From Coprothermobacter sp. (GTDB taxonomy: Bacteria; Coprothermobacterota; Coprothermobacteria; Coprothermobacterales; Coprothermobacteraceae), in contig DUSQ01000035.1 of assembly GCA_012842545.1 (NCBI GenBank), positions 617 to 64,616 of the forward strand: a DNA stretch of 64,000 nucleotides, given 5' to 3'. The position numbers and the translations under genes are program-made. Below, piece by piece: positions 48,310 to 58,793 of the stretch. The notes beneath the pieces are model-generated. The model had not been told where the DNA came from and made no database searches. It saw nothing but the letters and a program-made list of their open reading frames with translations. How positions within the stretch are numbered: the stretch's first letter is position 1; every line of letters starts with the position of its first letter.

Positions 48310-50403
48310 CTAATGTGTCTCGCTCTTTTTCTCCTTTGCAGAGAACCTCAGACGTCCCTCTCCGTCCTTTTCTTTTACCCAAACCTTTATTGTCTGGCCC
48401 ACCGACAGAACATCCTCTAAAGATCTTATACGAGTCTCAGATACTTCAGACACATGAAGCAGACCTGTTTTTCCAGGAGCTATTTCCACAATGGCATAGG
48501 AAGGTGTAACACGAACAACCCGTGCGGTGAGCTCTTCACCAACTTCAGGATCTTTAACGATCATTTCCACTTGTTGCTTTGCCATGTTAACCGATTCGTC
48601 CGTTAACCCCTTGACAAAGGCAACACCGTCTTCCCTTATATCAATGCTTGCACCAGTTTCTTGCGTAATCCTTTTCACATTTCGACCACCGGGCCCAATG
48701 ACTTCACCGATTTTATCTACTGGAATCTCAATCTTTACAATCCTTGGCGCTGTCTCCGATAATGGCCTCGGCGAAGGTATGGCATCGTAAAGCACGTCCA
48801 ATATCTTACTTCTAGCTACTTCTGCTTGGTCAATGGCTTTGTCCAGCGTGTCTACGCTTATGCCCTTAACCTTTACATCCAGCTGCAAAGCTGTTATGCC
48901 ATCACGGGTTCCAGCTACTTTAAAGTCCATATCACCCAAGTGATCCTCAAGTCCCTGAATGTCAGTGAGCACTACATTCTCATCATCATACTCAACCAGA
49001 CCCATGGCAATACCACCCACATGCCGAGCTATGGGAACACCAGCACTCATTAGTGCTATGGAACTAGCACACGTACTTGCCATGGATGTGGAACCATTAC
49101 TCTCAAGAACCTCACTCACTACCCTTATAGTATAGGGAAATACTTCCTCTGAGGGAATAAGGTAGGAAAGAGCTCTTTCTACCAGAGCGCCGTGCCCAAT
49201 CTCTCTTCTTGAAGGCCCACGACGAGGTTTTATTTCCCCAGTACTAAACGGTGGGAAATCATACTGATGCATGAACCGTTTGAATTCTTCCAAACCAATG
49301 GCGTCAATGAATTGGACATCACTAAAACTTCCCAACGTCACGGTGGAAAGGACCTGTGTCTGGCCCCTAATGAACAAGCCAGAACCGTGAACTTTTGGAA
49401 GTACATTGCTTTCAGCGTACAGAGGCCTTATCTCATCGAAGGCTCTCCCATCCACTCGCTTTCTGGTTGATTTCATGTATGCTCGAACGACTTCCTTTTC
49501 GACTTCACCAAACATTAGGTTAAACATAGCCTCATCCAAATCGGGGAACACTTCCAACATTTCTTGAAAAAGGGCTTTCTTTAGTTCGCTAACAGCCTTC
49601 TCTCGTTCTTGCTTTACGGGCGTTATGAGAGCTGCTCTAAACCTGTCTTCATGGTTTCGCAGGAAGTCGAGTTGTTCTTCGGGAAAAGTTACAACAGTAA
49701 TTTCCGCCTTAGGTCGCCCAACCTTTTCTTTTAACTCCTCAATCAAATCAATGATTTGGCGTATTCCGTCTTGAGCAAACTTCAGGCCTCCAATTAGGAC
49801 TTCTTTGTCAACCTCGGCTGCGCCTGCCTCAATCATGACAATGCTTTCTCTGGTCCCAGCTACTACCAAGTCCAGCTGACTTTCGCTAATTTCCTCAAAG
49901 GTAGGGTTCAGTACGTATTGACCGTCAATGTACCCCACCCTTACTCCTGCAATTAACTCTGGTATCGGTATGTCCGACACAGCTAATGCGGCAGCAGTTC
50001 CATTTAAAGCTACTATGTCAGGAGGATTTTCCATGTCTGCAGCCAGGATCATATTCAAAACCTGAACTTCATTTCTCATGCCATCAGGGAACATGGGACG
50101 AATAGACCTGTCAATTAGACGAGCCTTTAATATCTCAGCGTCAGTGGGACGTCCCTCCTTTTTAAAAAACCCTCCGGGGATCTTTCCCACAGCGTATGAT
50201 TTCTCTTCATAATCCACAGTAAGTGGAAAGAAGTCTATATCCAATTTCGGTTCAGAGCTCATTAGCACAGTAGATAAAGCTACCGTATCACCAAAACGAG
50301 CCAAAACAGCTCCGTTTGCCTGTAATGCTAAAAAGCCCGATTGAAAAGTAACCTTCTTTCCGGCTATGGTACCAGTGACTTCAATTCTTCTTCGCTCTAT
50401 CAT
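48310..50403 (-). CDS. pnp: Polynucleotide phosphorylase
   Basis: [24 protein letters not shown] and DMDFKVAG; KH and S1 domains. Confidence 0.97.
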   Translation of the reverse strand: MIERRRIEVTGTIAGKKVTFQSGFLALQANGAVLARFGDTVALSTVLMSSEPKLDIDFFPLTVDYEEKSYAVGKIPGGFFKKEGRPTDAEILKARLIDRSIRPMFPDGMRNEVQVLNMILAADMENPPDIVALNGTAAALAVSDIPIPELIAGVRVGYIDGQYVLNPTFEEISESQLDLVVAGTRESIVMIEAGAAEVDKEVLIGGLKFAQDGIRQIIDLIEELKEKVGRPKAEITVVTFPEEQLDFLRNHEDRFRAALITPVKQEREKAVSELKKALFQEMLEVFPDLDEAMFNLMFGEVEKEVVRAYMKSTRKRVDGRAFDEIRPLYAESNVLPKVHGSGLFIRGQTQVLSTVTLGSFSDVQFIDAIGLEEFKRFMHQYDFPPFSTGEIKPRRGPSRREIGHGALVERALSYLIPSEEVFPYTIRVVSEVLESNGSTSMASTCASSIALMSAGVPIARHVGGIAMGLVEYDDENVVLTDIQGLEDHLGDMDFKVAGTRDGITALQLDVKVKGISVDTLDKAIDQAEVARSKILDVLYDAIPSPRPLSETAPRIVKIEIPVDKIGEVIGPGGRNVKRITQETGASIDIREDGVAFVKGLTDESVNMAKQQVEMIVKDPEVGEELTARVVRVTPSYAIVEIAPGKTGLLHVSEVSETRIRSLEDVLSVGQTIKVWVKEKDGEGRLRFSAKEKKSETH

Positions 50404-50404
50404 G

Positions 50405-50668
50405 TTACCGTCTCAGCCCTAGCCGCTGAATTAAAGTCTGATATCGCTCAGGAGACTTATCCCTGAGATAGTTAAGTAACTTCCTACGCTTACTTACCAT
50501 GAGTATGAGACCGCGCCTGGAATGCACATCTTTTGGGTTCTTCTTCAAGTGCTCAGTCAGATTCTGAATTCTGTAAGTAAGCAGAGCCACCTGAACTTCA
50601 GGTGATCCAGTGTCTCCAGGGTGAGTTGCGTACTCTTCAATGATTTTTCGTTTAATCTCTTTGTCCAT
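50405..50668 (-). CDS. rpsO: 30S ribosomal protein S15
   Basis: [19 protein letters not shown] and LGLRR. Confidence 0.97.
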   Translation of the reverse strand: MDKEIKRKIIEEYATHPGDTGSPEVQVALLTYRIQNLTEHLKKNPKDVHSRRGLILMVSKRRKLLNYLRDKSPERYQTLIQRLGLRR

Positions 50669-50779
50669 TTCACTACCTCCTACTTGCGCATTGTCCAGCC
50701 AATCTGACTAAACAAGCGTGCTTTTAACGCCGTTGTTTTCTTTATCCTTCTCCAGTCAGACGCTTACTCCTGACAAATA

Positions 50780-50998
50780 CTATTTTAGCACCACTGCTAA
50801 AATGACGAGCAGCACATAGGCAACACCAAAACCAATAATAAGCTTATCGAAAAGCTTACTTCTTGGCGATGCGCCATGGAACATAGAAGCAGAACCGCCT
50901 ATGGCTCCCAAGCCTTCCTCCTTTGGCTCTTGAAGAGTTATTAGCAACAAAAGCACAAAGGACACTATCCCCAGCACAATCATAATCACTTGTTTCAT
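50780..50998 (-). CDS. secG: Preprotein translocase SecG
   Basis: Two TM segments flanking LQ...GLGAIGG; downstream of the glycolytic operon. Confidence 0.85.
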   Translation of the reverse strand: MKQVIMIVLGIVSFVLLLLITLQEPKEEGLGAIGGSASMFHGASPRSKLFDKLIIGFGVAYVLLVILAVVLK

Positions 50999-51016
50999 CA
51001 GCTAAACACCTCGCAG

Positions 51017-51745
51017 CTAAATATTCTGGTCGAACGCTTCTATTATAATAGCAAATTCTTCAACTTTTAGGCTAGCTCCGCCTACCAAAACCCCATCTAC
51101 CTCGGAGACCCTTGCAATGTCAGCAGCATTGCCTTTGTTCACACTGCCACCATAAAGAACAGGTAACTCTGCCTTAAGTAATTCCTTCACCCATGAAATG
51201 CTTTCACCAATTTCTTCCATGGTAGGCGTAACACCCGTTCCTATGGCCCAAACAGGTTCATAAGCGACAATGTCACCAGTGCTCAAAATGTCTTGTACCA
51301 AGATAAGTTGACGTTTTAGAATGTCTCTTGTTATTCCGCTTCGCCTTTCTTCTAATGTTTCTCCTACACAAAACACTACTGGAATATCGTGTCTGTGAGC
51401 TGCTTCAACTTTCTTCATAAGCATCTCATCATTTTCAAGAAAAATATGACGCCTTTCAGAGTGACCAATAAGCACGTAATCCACGTCAAACTCTTTCAAC
51501 ATGACCGGTGATATTTCTCCAGTGAAAGCACCTGAGTCTTCGTAATGCATGTTCTGAGCGCCAAACTTCAAGAAAGTACCTTTTACAAAATCGGAGAAAC
51601 CACCTAAAGCGGTAAAAGGCGGAAAAAGTGCGACCTGCACTGAAGCAGGCCGCACCAATTCTAACAGTTTATCTACGTACTCCTTAGCAAAAGCCAAGGT
51701 ACCGTTCATCTTCCAGTTGCCAAAAACGTAGCGCAAAGCGATCAA
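51017..51745 (-). CDS. tpiA: Triosephosphate isomerase
   Basis: GNWKMN, GHSERR, AYEPVWAIGTG, YGGSV and VGGASL. Confidence 0.97.
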   Translation of the reverse strand: MIALRYVFGNWKMNGTLAFAKEYVDKLLELVRPASVQVALFPPFTALGGFSDFVKGTFLKFGAQNMHYEDSGAFTGEISPVMLKEFDVDYVLIGHSERRHIFLENDEMLMKKVEAAHRHDIPVVFCVGETLEERRSGITRDILKRQLILVQDILSTGDIVAYEPVWAIGTGVTPTMEEIGESISWVKELLKAELPVLYGGSVNKGNAADIARVSEVDGVLVGGASLKVEEFAIIIEAFDQNI

Positions 51746-52923
51746 CCCTCCACCACCAGTGGAGCAATTCCTGGAAGCAGTTTTCCTTCAAGGAACTCTA
51801 ATGAAGCTCCTCCACCAGTACTCACATGAGCGAATTTATCAAAAAGCCCCATTTCCCTGACAGCGTTAGCCGTATCACCACCGCCAACTACAACGCTACC
51901 CGGGAAATCTGCCAGGAACGCACCTATTTGTTTGGTACCTTCGGCAAACTTCGGATCTTCGAAAAGCCCCAGTGGTCCGTTCCAAAAAACCGTCCTCGCT
52001 TTGACCAGTGCATTTTTGAAATCTTTAATGCTTTCAGGCCCAATGTCGTACCCAATATCCGTGGCTCCAAAATCGTTAATGTTTTTGATTTCCGTGTGTT
52101 CTCTGTTCTCATCGGCGACCACAAAGTCCTTCGCAAGGATTATCTCCTTGTTCTGTGAAGCAGCCTGCTCAAGCAGGTCTTTAGCAAATCCGGCTAAATC
52201 GTCCTCCACTATGGACTTGCCAGTTTCCTTCCCTTGAGCCTTCCAGAAAGTGAATACCATAGCTCCACCGATCACCATGCCGTCAACTTTTGGTAACAGA
52301 TTTTGCAGAAGCGCAACTTTGTCGCTTACCTTAGCACCACCAAGAACAAGATAGTAGGGTCTTTGAGGGTTCTCTGTAAGCATGGATAAGTAGTTAACCT
52401 CTTTCTCCATGAGAAAGCCCGCGTATGATGGAAGAAACTTTGTTATGGCCTCCACAGTGGCATGAGCACGGTGACTAGCCGAGAATGCATCGTTTACGAA
52501 GACTTCACCCAAGCTGGCGATCTTCTTTGCAAATTCGGCATCGTTCTTTTCTTCCTCTTCGTGGAACCGTACATTTTCGCAAAGTAGAATATCGCCAGAT
52601 CTCAAACCATTCACTGCCAATTCAACTTCCTCGCCTACTACATCAGGAGCAAAAAGGATCTCTTTATGAAGAAGCTCAGCAAGTCTTTTTGCCACACCGA
52701 CCAGACTGTATTTCTTGTCTCGCTTGCCCTTGGGCCTACCCAGGTGTGAGATTAGTATGATTTTTGCTCCATTTTCCACCAAATACTCAATGGTGGGAAG
52801 AGCCGCCCTTATGCGAAAGTCATCTGCAACGTTGCCTTCTGCATCCAAAGGTACATTGAAGTCGACTCGAACAATGACGCGCTTATTCCTGACCTCAGCC
52901 TCTCGGATGCTTCTTAACTTCAT
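51742..52923 (-). CDS. pgk: Phosphoglycerate kinase
   Basis: RVDFNVP, SHLGRP, GGAKVSDK, WNGP and STGGGASLE. Confidence 0.97.
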   Translation of the reverse strand: MKLRSIREAEVRNKRVIVRVDFNVPLDAEGNVADDFRIRAALPTIEYLVENGAKIILISHLGRPKGKRDKKYSLVGVAKRLAELLHKEILFAPDVVGEEVELAVNGLRSGDILLCENVRFHEEEEKNDAEFAKKIASLGEVFVNDAFSASHRAHATVEAITKFLPSYAGFLMEKEVNYLSMLTENPQRPYYLVLGGAKVSDKVALLQNLLPKVDGMVIGGAMVFTFWKAQGKETGKSIVEDDLAGFAKDLLEQAASQNKEIILAKDFVVADENREHTEIKNINDFGATDIGYDIGPESIKDFKNALVKARTVFWNGPLGLFEDPKFAEGTKQIGAFLADFPGSVVVGGGDTANAVREMGLFDKFAHVSTGGGASLEFLEGKLLPGIAPLVVEG

Positions 52924-52924
52924 A

Positions 52925-53968
<1,044 letters not shown>

Positions 53969-54011
53969 TCACAAAAACATGAGTTAAGCGACTTTTATGC
54001 GATCGAGCTTT

Positions 54012-55010
54012 TTAGTCCTGCAAATATTCGGCCACCAGGTGTCTGTATTTATTCACAGTACGCCGGGAAAACTTCCAACCCCTGCGAAGTCGAAGTAACT
54101 GAGCAACTTGTGCATCGGTTGCTGTGGGCATTGATTTCAATATGTTGATTATTTCCAGCATCAATTCTTCCTGTGGTACACCTTTCACACTCCTACCAAA
54201 GTACTGCTCCACAGGGTAAACCTTGCCTTCAAAAGTAAATGCCTTGCTTCTAACCAAACGTGATACCGTGGACTTTGAAACTCCCAGTTCATGAGCGGCA
54301 TTATCCAACGTTATAAAGCAGGGCTCATGTGCGAGAATCTTGTCACCACAGTGCTGGATAAGGAACTTTCCAAGCCTCATTATCAAGTCTTTTCTGTATT
54401 CAGCAACCATCCTCGGAATACCTTGTGTATTCTGTATCAGATATTCGTATTTGTCACTAACATTAACTTCAAGTTGACCATCCACAAGCTCCAAGGCAAA
54501 ATCTGGAGTGGTCGCTCTGGAGCGTTCTTCGGGTAAATCTATGGGGTGATCACGCAAATCCAGTTTTAGGTCCCTGAGCAACTGCCTAAATTCTCGTTGA
54601 CTTAGCGAACCTAGCCCAAATGGCTCCACTTCCCTCATAAGTTTCTTTCGTACCTCAATGACGTACTCCACGTCCACTTCCAACTGCTCAGCCAATTCGG
54701 TCAAATCTGATCCAAGATAACCAAGGTGATCCAATGATCCAAGTAATCTATGCACTACTGGAAGTTCCTTTTCATCAAAAAGCATATCTACTTGCGCTTC
54801 TACCATGTCCCAATCGATCGTCTGTCCCACACCAGAAGGAACAGTCTCTTCAACCAATTCCTCTGGGCCAAAACCGCCATAGCGCAGCAAGAATTCAGTA
54901 AAAGGAAGTTCCAACCCTTCAGAAAGATGAGGCCTAAGTGTCTGTTTCCCTTTTAATGTGAGCCGTTGTTTTGCTTTGGGCTTCTGTCTACCTTTACCGC
55001 TATTCGCCAC
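54012..55010 (-). CDS. Compact sigma-54 (RpoN)-like protein
   Basis: LDHLGYL, EPFGLG, PDF, HTH STVSR and RpoN box SRRTVNKYR; upstream of gap. Confidence 0.8.
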   Translation of the reverse strand: MANSGKGRQKPKAKQRLTLKGKQTLRPHLSEGLELPFTEFLLRYGGFGPEELVEETVPSGVGQTIDWDMVEAQVDMLFDEKELPVVHRLLGSLDHLGYLGSDLTELAEQLEVDVEYVIEVRKKLMREVEPFGLGSLSQREFRQLLRDLKLDLRDHPIDLPEERSRATTPDFALELVDGQLEVNVSDKYEYLIQNTQGIPRMVAEYRKDLIMRLGKFLIQHCGDKILAHEPCFITLDNAAHELGVSKSTVSRLVRSKAFTFEGKVYPVEQYFGRSVKGVPQEELMLEIINILKSMPTATDAQVAQLLRLRRGWKFSRRTVNKYRHLVAEYLQD

Positions 55011-55833
55011 TTAGCTTCTCCTCAATGTTTCTTAATGCTCGAGCCACCTTGCTCTTGGATACGCCCAGCTTTTCAGCCATGTCACCATAGGAGAACTCAG
55101 GATGCTCGACACGCAACTTCAAGACAGCATACTCAACATCAGTCAACTTGGTCAAATCGCCAGTTTCAAAAAGCTTTTTGTGAAACTCATACTTTACCAC
55201 CTGACGCTTCAAATTAGCGTTATCACAGTTTGCTAAACGCTGGGCTGCGAGCTTTTTCTCTCGCATGAAATGGTGCGCATAAATCTCCTCCCTGGTTTTC
55301 ACCGCGCCTAAACCATCAACAAACTTGTAAAGTGCTTCATAAGATCTTAAATGAATAGTGTTTGTACTCTGCTTAGTAATGAGGTAAACCGCTCCAACAC
55401 GCTTTGAAAGCCATTGTTCAACCTTCTTAGCTTGTTCCAAAACTTCTACGTCCAACGTAGCATGGTACCATGGGTTAAGATCAGATATGTATCCAGTGCT
55501 CAGCATTATGCCCCTTATGATATGCCAATCAAGACTGCCAGTGACCAATGCAGAGACCAAGTCAAAGATGTCTTTAGGGAGATGACTCTTTAGCACATAT
55601 GTTTGACGAGAAGATGCGGAGCGCTTTCGGTGGAACTGTACTTCATAAGTCCCTTGTAACATTTCCATGACCTGGATCGCTCTTCTCACGGGCTGTGCCC
55701 GTCTAAAACTCACAAACACATTGCCCTGAAAGTCTATTTCCCCAGAGCCCAACAAAAAACCAACTAACTCGGAAAGAGGATTCGTGATCTCTAAAGTAGA
55801 AATCTCGTTCCAGAAATTCTCACTAATTGACAC
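55000..55833 (-). CDS. whiA: WhiA DNA-binding protein
   Basis: LAGLIDADG-like RGIMLSTGYISD, RLANCDNAN and a C-terminal HTH; follows rapZ. Confidence 0.88.
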   Translation of the reverse strand: MSISENFWNEISTLEITNPLSELVGFLLGSGEIDFQGNVFVSFRRAQPVRRAIQVMEMLQGTYEVQFHRKRSASSRQTYVLKSHLPKDIFDLVSALVTGSLDWHIIRGIMLSTGYISDLNPWYHATLDVEVLEQAKKVEQWLSKRVGAVYLITKQSTNTIHLRSYEALYKFVDGLGAVKTREEIYAHHFMREKKLAAQRLANCDNANLKRQVVKYEFHKKLFETGDLTKLTDVEYAVLKLRVEHPEFSYGDMAEKLGVSKSKVARALRNIEEKLSGE

Positions 55834-56692
55834 TACCTAACTCGCGGTGCCACGTAATGACTTTGTGGCCGTTTTTTGTAAGCTGATCGTTCAAATCCCT
55901 AACCACCAAAACACTACGATGCTGGCCTCCAGTGCAACCCACACCTATAACCAAATAGGGTTTACCTAGCTTTATATGCTCATGATAACTTCTTTCCGCC
56001 AGTTCAACCCATAGCTTCAAGAAATGCTCGTAATTTCCGTCTCCTCTAACATAGTCTGCCACAGATTCGTCTAGACCAGTTAATGTACGTAACTCGTCCA
56101 CGTAATAAGGGTTCCGAAATACCCTGGCATCATAAACCATGTCAGCATTAGTAGGAAGTCCCCGCTGATAGCTAAAACTTATCAAGTAAAACTCGGGCCC
56201 CCTATCCTTCCCAATAAAGTTCTCTACTTGATAAACCAAATCACGTTCTTTCATGCCCGTGGTGTCAATAACTATGTCGCTTACATCTCGAAGCTCCGAC
56301 ATGAGCTCTTTTTCTCTCTCAATGGCTTCTATGAGTGCCAGGCGACTGCCTGTTGCGTGAACCAACGGGTGCAAGTGCCGAGTTAAGTTAAATCTGGAAA
56401 GCAATGTGTCGGTACTAGCCTCGAGGAAAATTACGCTCAAGGGCATCCTGTGCTTTAAATCCATCAGATCGTTAACAAACTTCGAAACTTCTCCCTGGTG
56501 CCGCAAACTCCGGCTATCCACCACCACAGCCACCAGTTGTTCTTGATTCTTTGCCTCATAAAGCTCTAGCAGATTGTGAAGCAGGTCCACAGGAACGTTA
56601 TCCACAACTACATAACCCAAGTCCTCTAACGCTTTGGAAACTGTGGATTTACCAGCTCCAGAAAGTCCCGTTACTACTATTACTTTTTGCAT
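55823..56692 (-). CDS. rapZ: RapZ/YvcJ P-loop protein
   Basis: TGLSGAGKS, VVDN, NPYY and GCTGGQHRSV. Confidence 0.95.
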   Translation of the reverse strand: MQKVIVVTGLSGAGKSTVSKALEDLGYVVVDNVPVDLLHNLLELYEAKNQEQLVAVVVDSRSLRHQGEVSKFVNDLMDLKHRMPLSVIFLEASTDTLLSRFNLTRHLHPLVHATGSRLALIEAIEREKELMSELRDVSDIVIDTTGMKERDLVYQVENFIGKDRGPEFYLISFSYQRGLPTNADMVYDARVFRNPYYVDELRTLTGLDESVADYVRGDGNYEHFLKLWVELAERSYHEHIKLGKPYLVIGVGCTGGQHRSVLVVRDLNDQLTKNGHKVITWHRELGSVN

Positions 56693-57152
56693 TATTTAAT
56701 TCCCACTCCAATATGACCTTCTTCCATTTTACCTCAGGTGAGTAGCCACCCAAGCTTTTTTGTCCTACCACACGGTGACAAGGAATGATTATGGGAAACT
56801 TGTTCGTTCTCATGTAAACCCCAACAGCCCGCGGACTGCAACCGCAAATGGCACCCAAATGCCCATAGGTAATCGTGGATCCAATAGAAGTTGTTGCACT
56901 TAACGTGCGATAAACCTCGCCCCTCTTTTCTGTACAGCCGCTCCAGTCGATTAAATCAAGCACTGGTGTCGGCTCCCACAGTCCAGCTGAGTACTTATCC
57001 AGGAAATCCTTTAAGATCCCGCTTGGGACTTCAACTACGTCAGGCTCTACCTCTTGTAACCAAGTACGTGTTAAGCGCTCCGAATCGGTAAGGACAATTA
57101 ACCAAAGACCGAAGGGCAGTTTATAAGTGTAGATGCGCTCTGAGTTCTTCAT
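56649..57152 (-). CDS. ogt: O6-alkylguanine DNA alkyltransferase
   Basis: TYG, RAVG and IPCHRVV active site. Confidence 0.9.
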   Translation of the reverse strand: MKNSERIYTYKLPFGLWLIVLTDSERLTRTWLQEVEPDVVEVPSGILKDFLDKYSAGLWEPTPVLDLIDWSGCTEKRGEVYRTLSATTSIGSTITYGHLGAICGCSPRAVGVYMRTNKFPIIIPCHRVVGQKSLGGYSPEVKWKKVILEWELNNAKSNSSNGTFWSW

Positions 57153-57696
57153 ACAGCTCCCTAGAAGTCTTTTCCGGGGTTCCAACCAAGAGAATGTCCA
57201 CTTTTGAGGGATCAAAAATACCTGTTTCAATTTGCCGTTGTAAGATACTCAGGCTGTAGGAAAAAGCTTTGCCCATACGACTGGAGCTTCGTCTTATGGC
57301 TTCCTCGAGGGGGTGGAACGTCACCCAGGTTACTAGGTCGCATACCCTTTGCAAATCAAGTCTGAGCAGTAAGCTTCCCTCAATAATCCGTAAAGGTGCA
57401 GCACATGCTTGAAGTCGCCGCAAAGTTTCATCCACCAAATAAGGTTTGAAGATGTTATCCAAGTCTTCCCACAAAGATGGATTCTCTGTAAGCTTTAAGG
57501 CAATTTCACTGCGCTGAGACGTACCAAAGGCCTCTTCTAAAGCAGAGGAGACCTCATGCACTTCATAAAGTTCATGGCTTATGGAATCCAAACTTAGGAC
57601 AGCAGCTCCCATTTCCTGTTCGAAGTAAGAACAGATGGTGCTTTTGCCAACACCGATCCAACCACCCATGCCCAGTGTAACTACTGCTGCACTCGT
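57121..57696 (-). CDS. coaE: Dephospho-CoA kinase (start anomalous, see findings)
   Basis: VVTLGMGGWIGVGKST, LSLDSISHELY, IIEGSLL and CDLV; the first beta-strand lies upstream of the first ATG (57669). Confidence 0.78.
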   Translation of the reverse strand, partial: TSAAVVTLGMGGWIGVGKSTICSYFEQEMGAAVLSLDSISHELYEVHEVSSALEEAFGTSQRSEIALKLTENPSLWEDLDNIFKPYLVDETLRRLQACAAPLRIIEGSLLLRLDLQRVCDLVTWVTFHPLEEAIRRSSSRMGKAFSYSLSILQRQIETGIFDPSKVDILLVGTPEKTSRELYEELRAHLHL

Positions 57697-58793
57697 AAAA
57701 CTTCACCTTCCAGGGCTACACTTGTAGCAGCGTTCATAATAGCCAAAGCTTCGTCAGCAGTGACATCCACTACGACGTCATCCACCAATACCTTCTTTGG
57801 AACTTGATTAGTATCCATTCCATTTAAAAAACGTTGAGCATAAAGCAAGTTAGAACTTCTAATGGGATCATCACGTTCAACAAATGCGAAAGGAAATGGT
57901 TCCCCCACAATAGTGGGGTCCGAAAGACATTGCCAAGGAAGTCTGTCCAGATCTTCCAGACCAAACAAACCCACCTGTACTTTTCTCGTTCCCAAAACTC
58001 TTAGAAACGGACCAATAAGAGAATCGAATTCCAACTCTTCCAAAATACTTAAATCGTTAGACGGCTTCACTCTTAGGAGCAATGTGTCATATGGTACAGG
58101 AAAATCTTCCAAGGTAATTAGTTGCAAGTTCCTTTCAAGCACACTGCCGAATTTGTCAAGTAGCTCTTCTCTACTGAATTCTTTTACCAAAGCACTGGCT
58201 GTCTTGGGCCCGATTCCGTTCACACCCGGGATGTTATCGGCGCTATCTCCCACCAAAGACTTGTAGTCCACAAAGCGTTCAGGAGCAAATCCAAATTCAT
58301 CCAAGAAAGTCTTATAATCGTAGTGTTTAACTTGGGTAATACCCTTCTTAAAAGTTACAACTCTGGTGTTCTGCGTAATCAACTGCATCATGTCAGTATC
58401 AGAAGTATAGATCTCAACTTGAAAGTTCCAGCTTTCAAAAAAATGCGTTAGCGAACATATGGCGTCATCAGCCTCTTTCCCATCATACACTACGTAAGGA
58501 ATAGAAAGCTGTGTGAGTACATCAGGTAACCTCTCTCTTTGCCAATGAAGCTCGTCAGGAGCTTTAGGTCTGTTGCTTTTGTACTCTTTAAATACTAATG
58601 TACGAGCCAGGGTCCCCTTAGCATCCCCCACAATGATAAAGTGGCTGTGTGGTTCACCAAGAAGTTTTGACACGATGCGCAAGAAACCATAAATCCCCCC
58701 TGTGGGGAAACCGTCTTTTGTACTAAGCTTTGGCAAAGCATAGTAAGATCTGTAAAGCAAAGAATTGCTGTCCACTAAAATGACTTTCTTCAT
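57681..58793 (-). CDS. Stand-alone 5'-3' exonuclease/flap endonuclease (Pol I N-terminal domain)
   Basis: LVDSNSLLYRSYY, EYKSNR, EADD, SDTD and GDSADNIPGVNGIGPKTA; no polymerase motifs. Confidence 0.9.
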   Translation of the reverse strand: MKKVILVDSNSLLYRSYYALPKLSTKDGFPTGGIYGFLRIVSKLLGEPHSHFIIVGDAKGTLARTLVFKEYKSNRPKAPDELHWQRERLPDVLTQLSIPYVVYDGKEADDAICSLTHFFESWNFQVEIYTSDTDMMQLITQNTRVVTFKKGITQVKHYDYKTFLDEFGFAPERFVDYKSLVGDSADNIPGVNGIGPKTASALVKEFSREELLDKFGSVLERNLQLITLEDFPVPYDTLLLRVKPSNDLSILEELEFDSLIGPFLRVLGTRKVQVGLFGLEDLDRLPWQCLSDPTIVGEPFPFAFVERDDPIRSSNLLYAQRFLNGMDTNQVPKKVLVDDVVVDVTADEALAIMNAATSVALEGEVLRVQQ

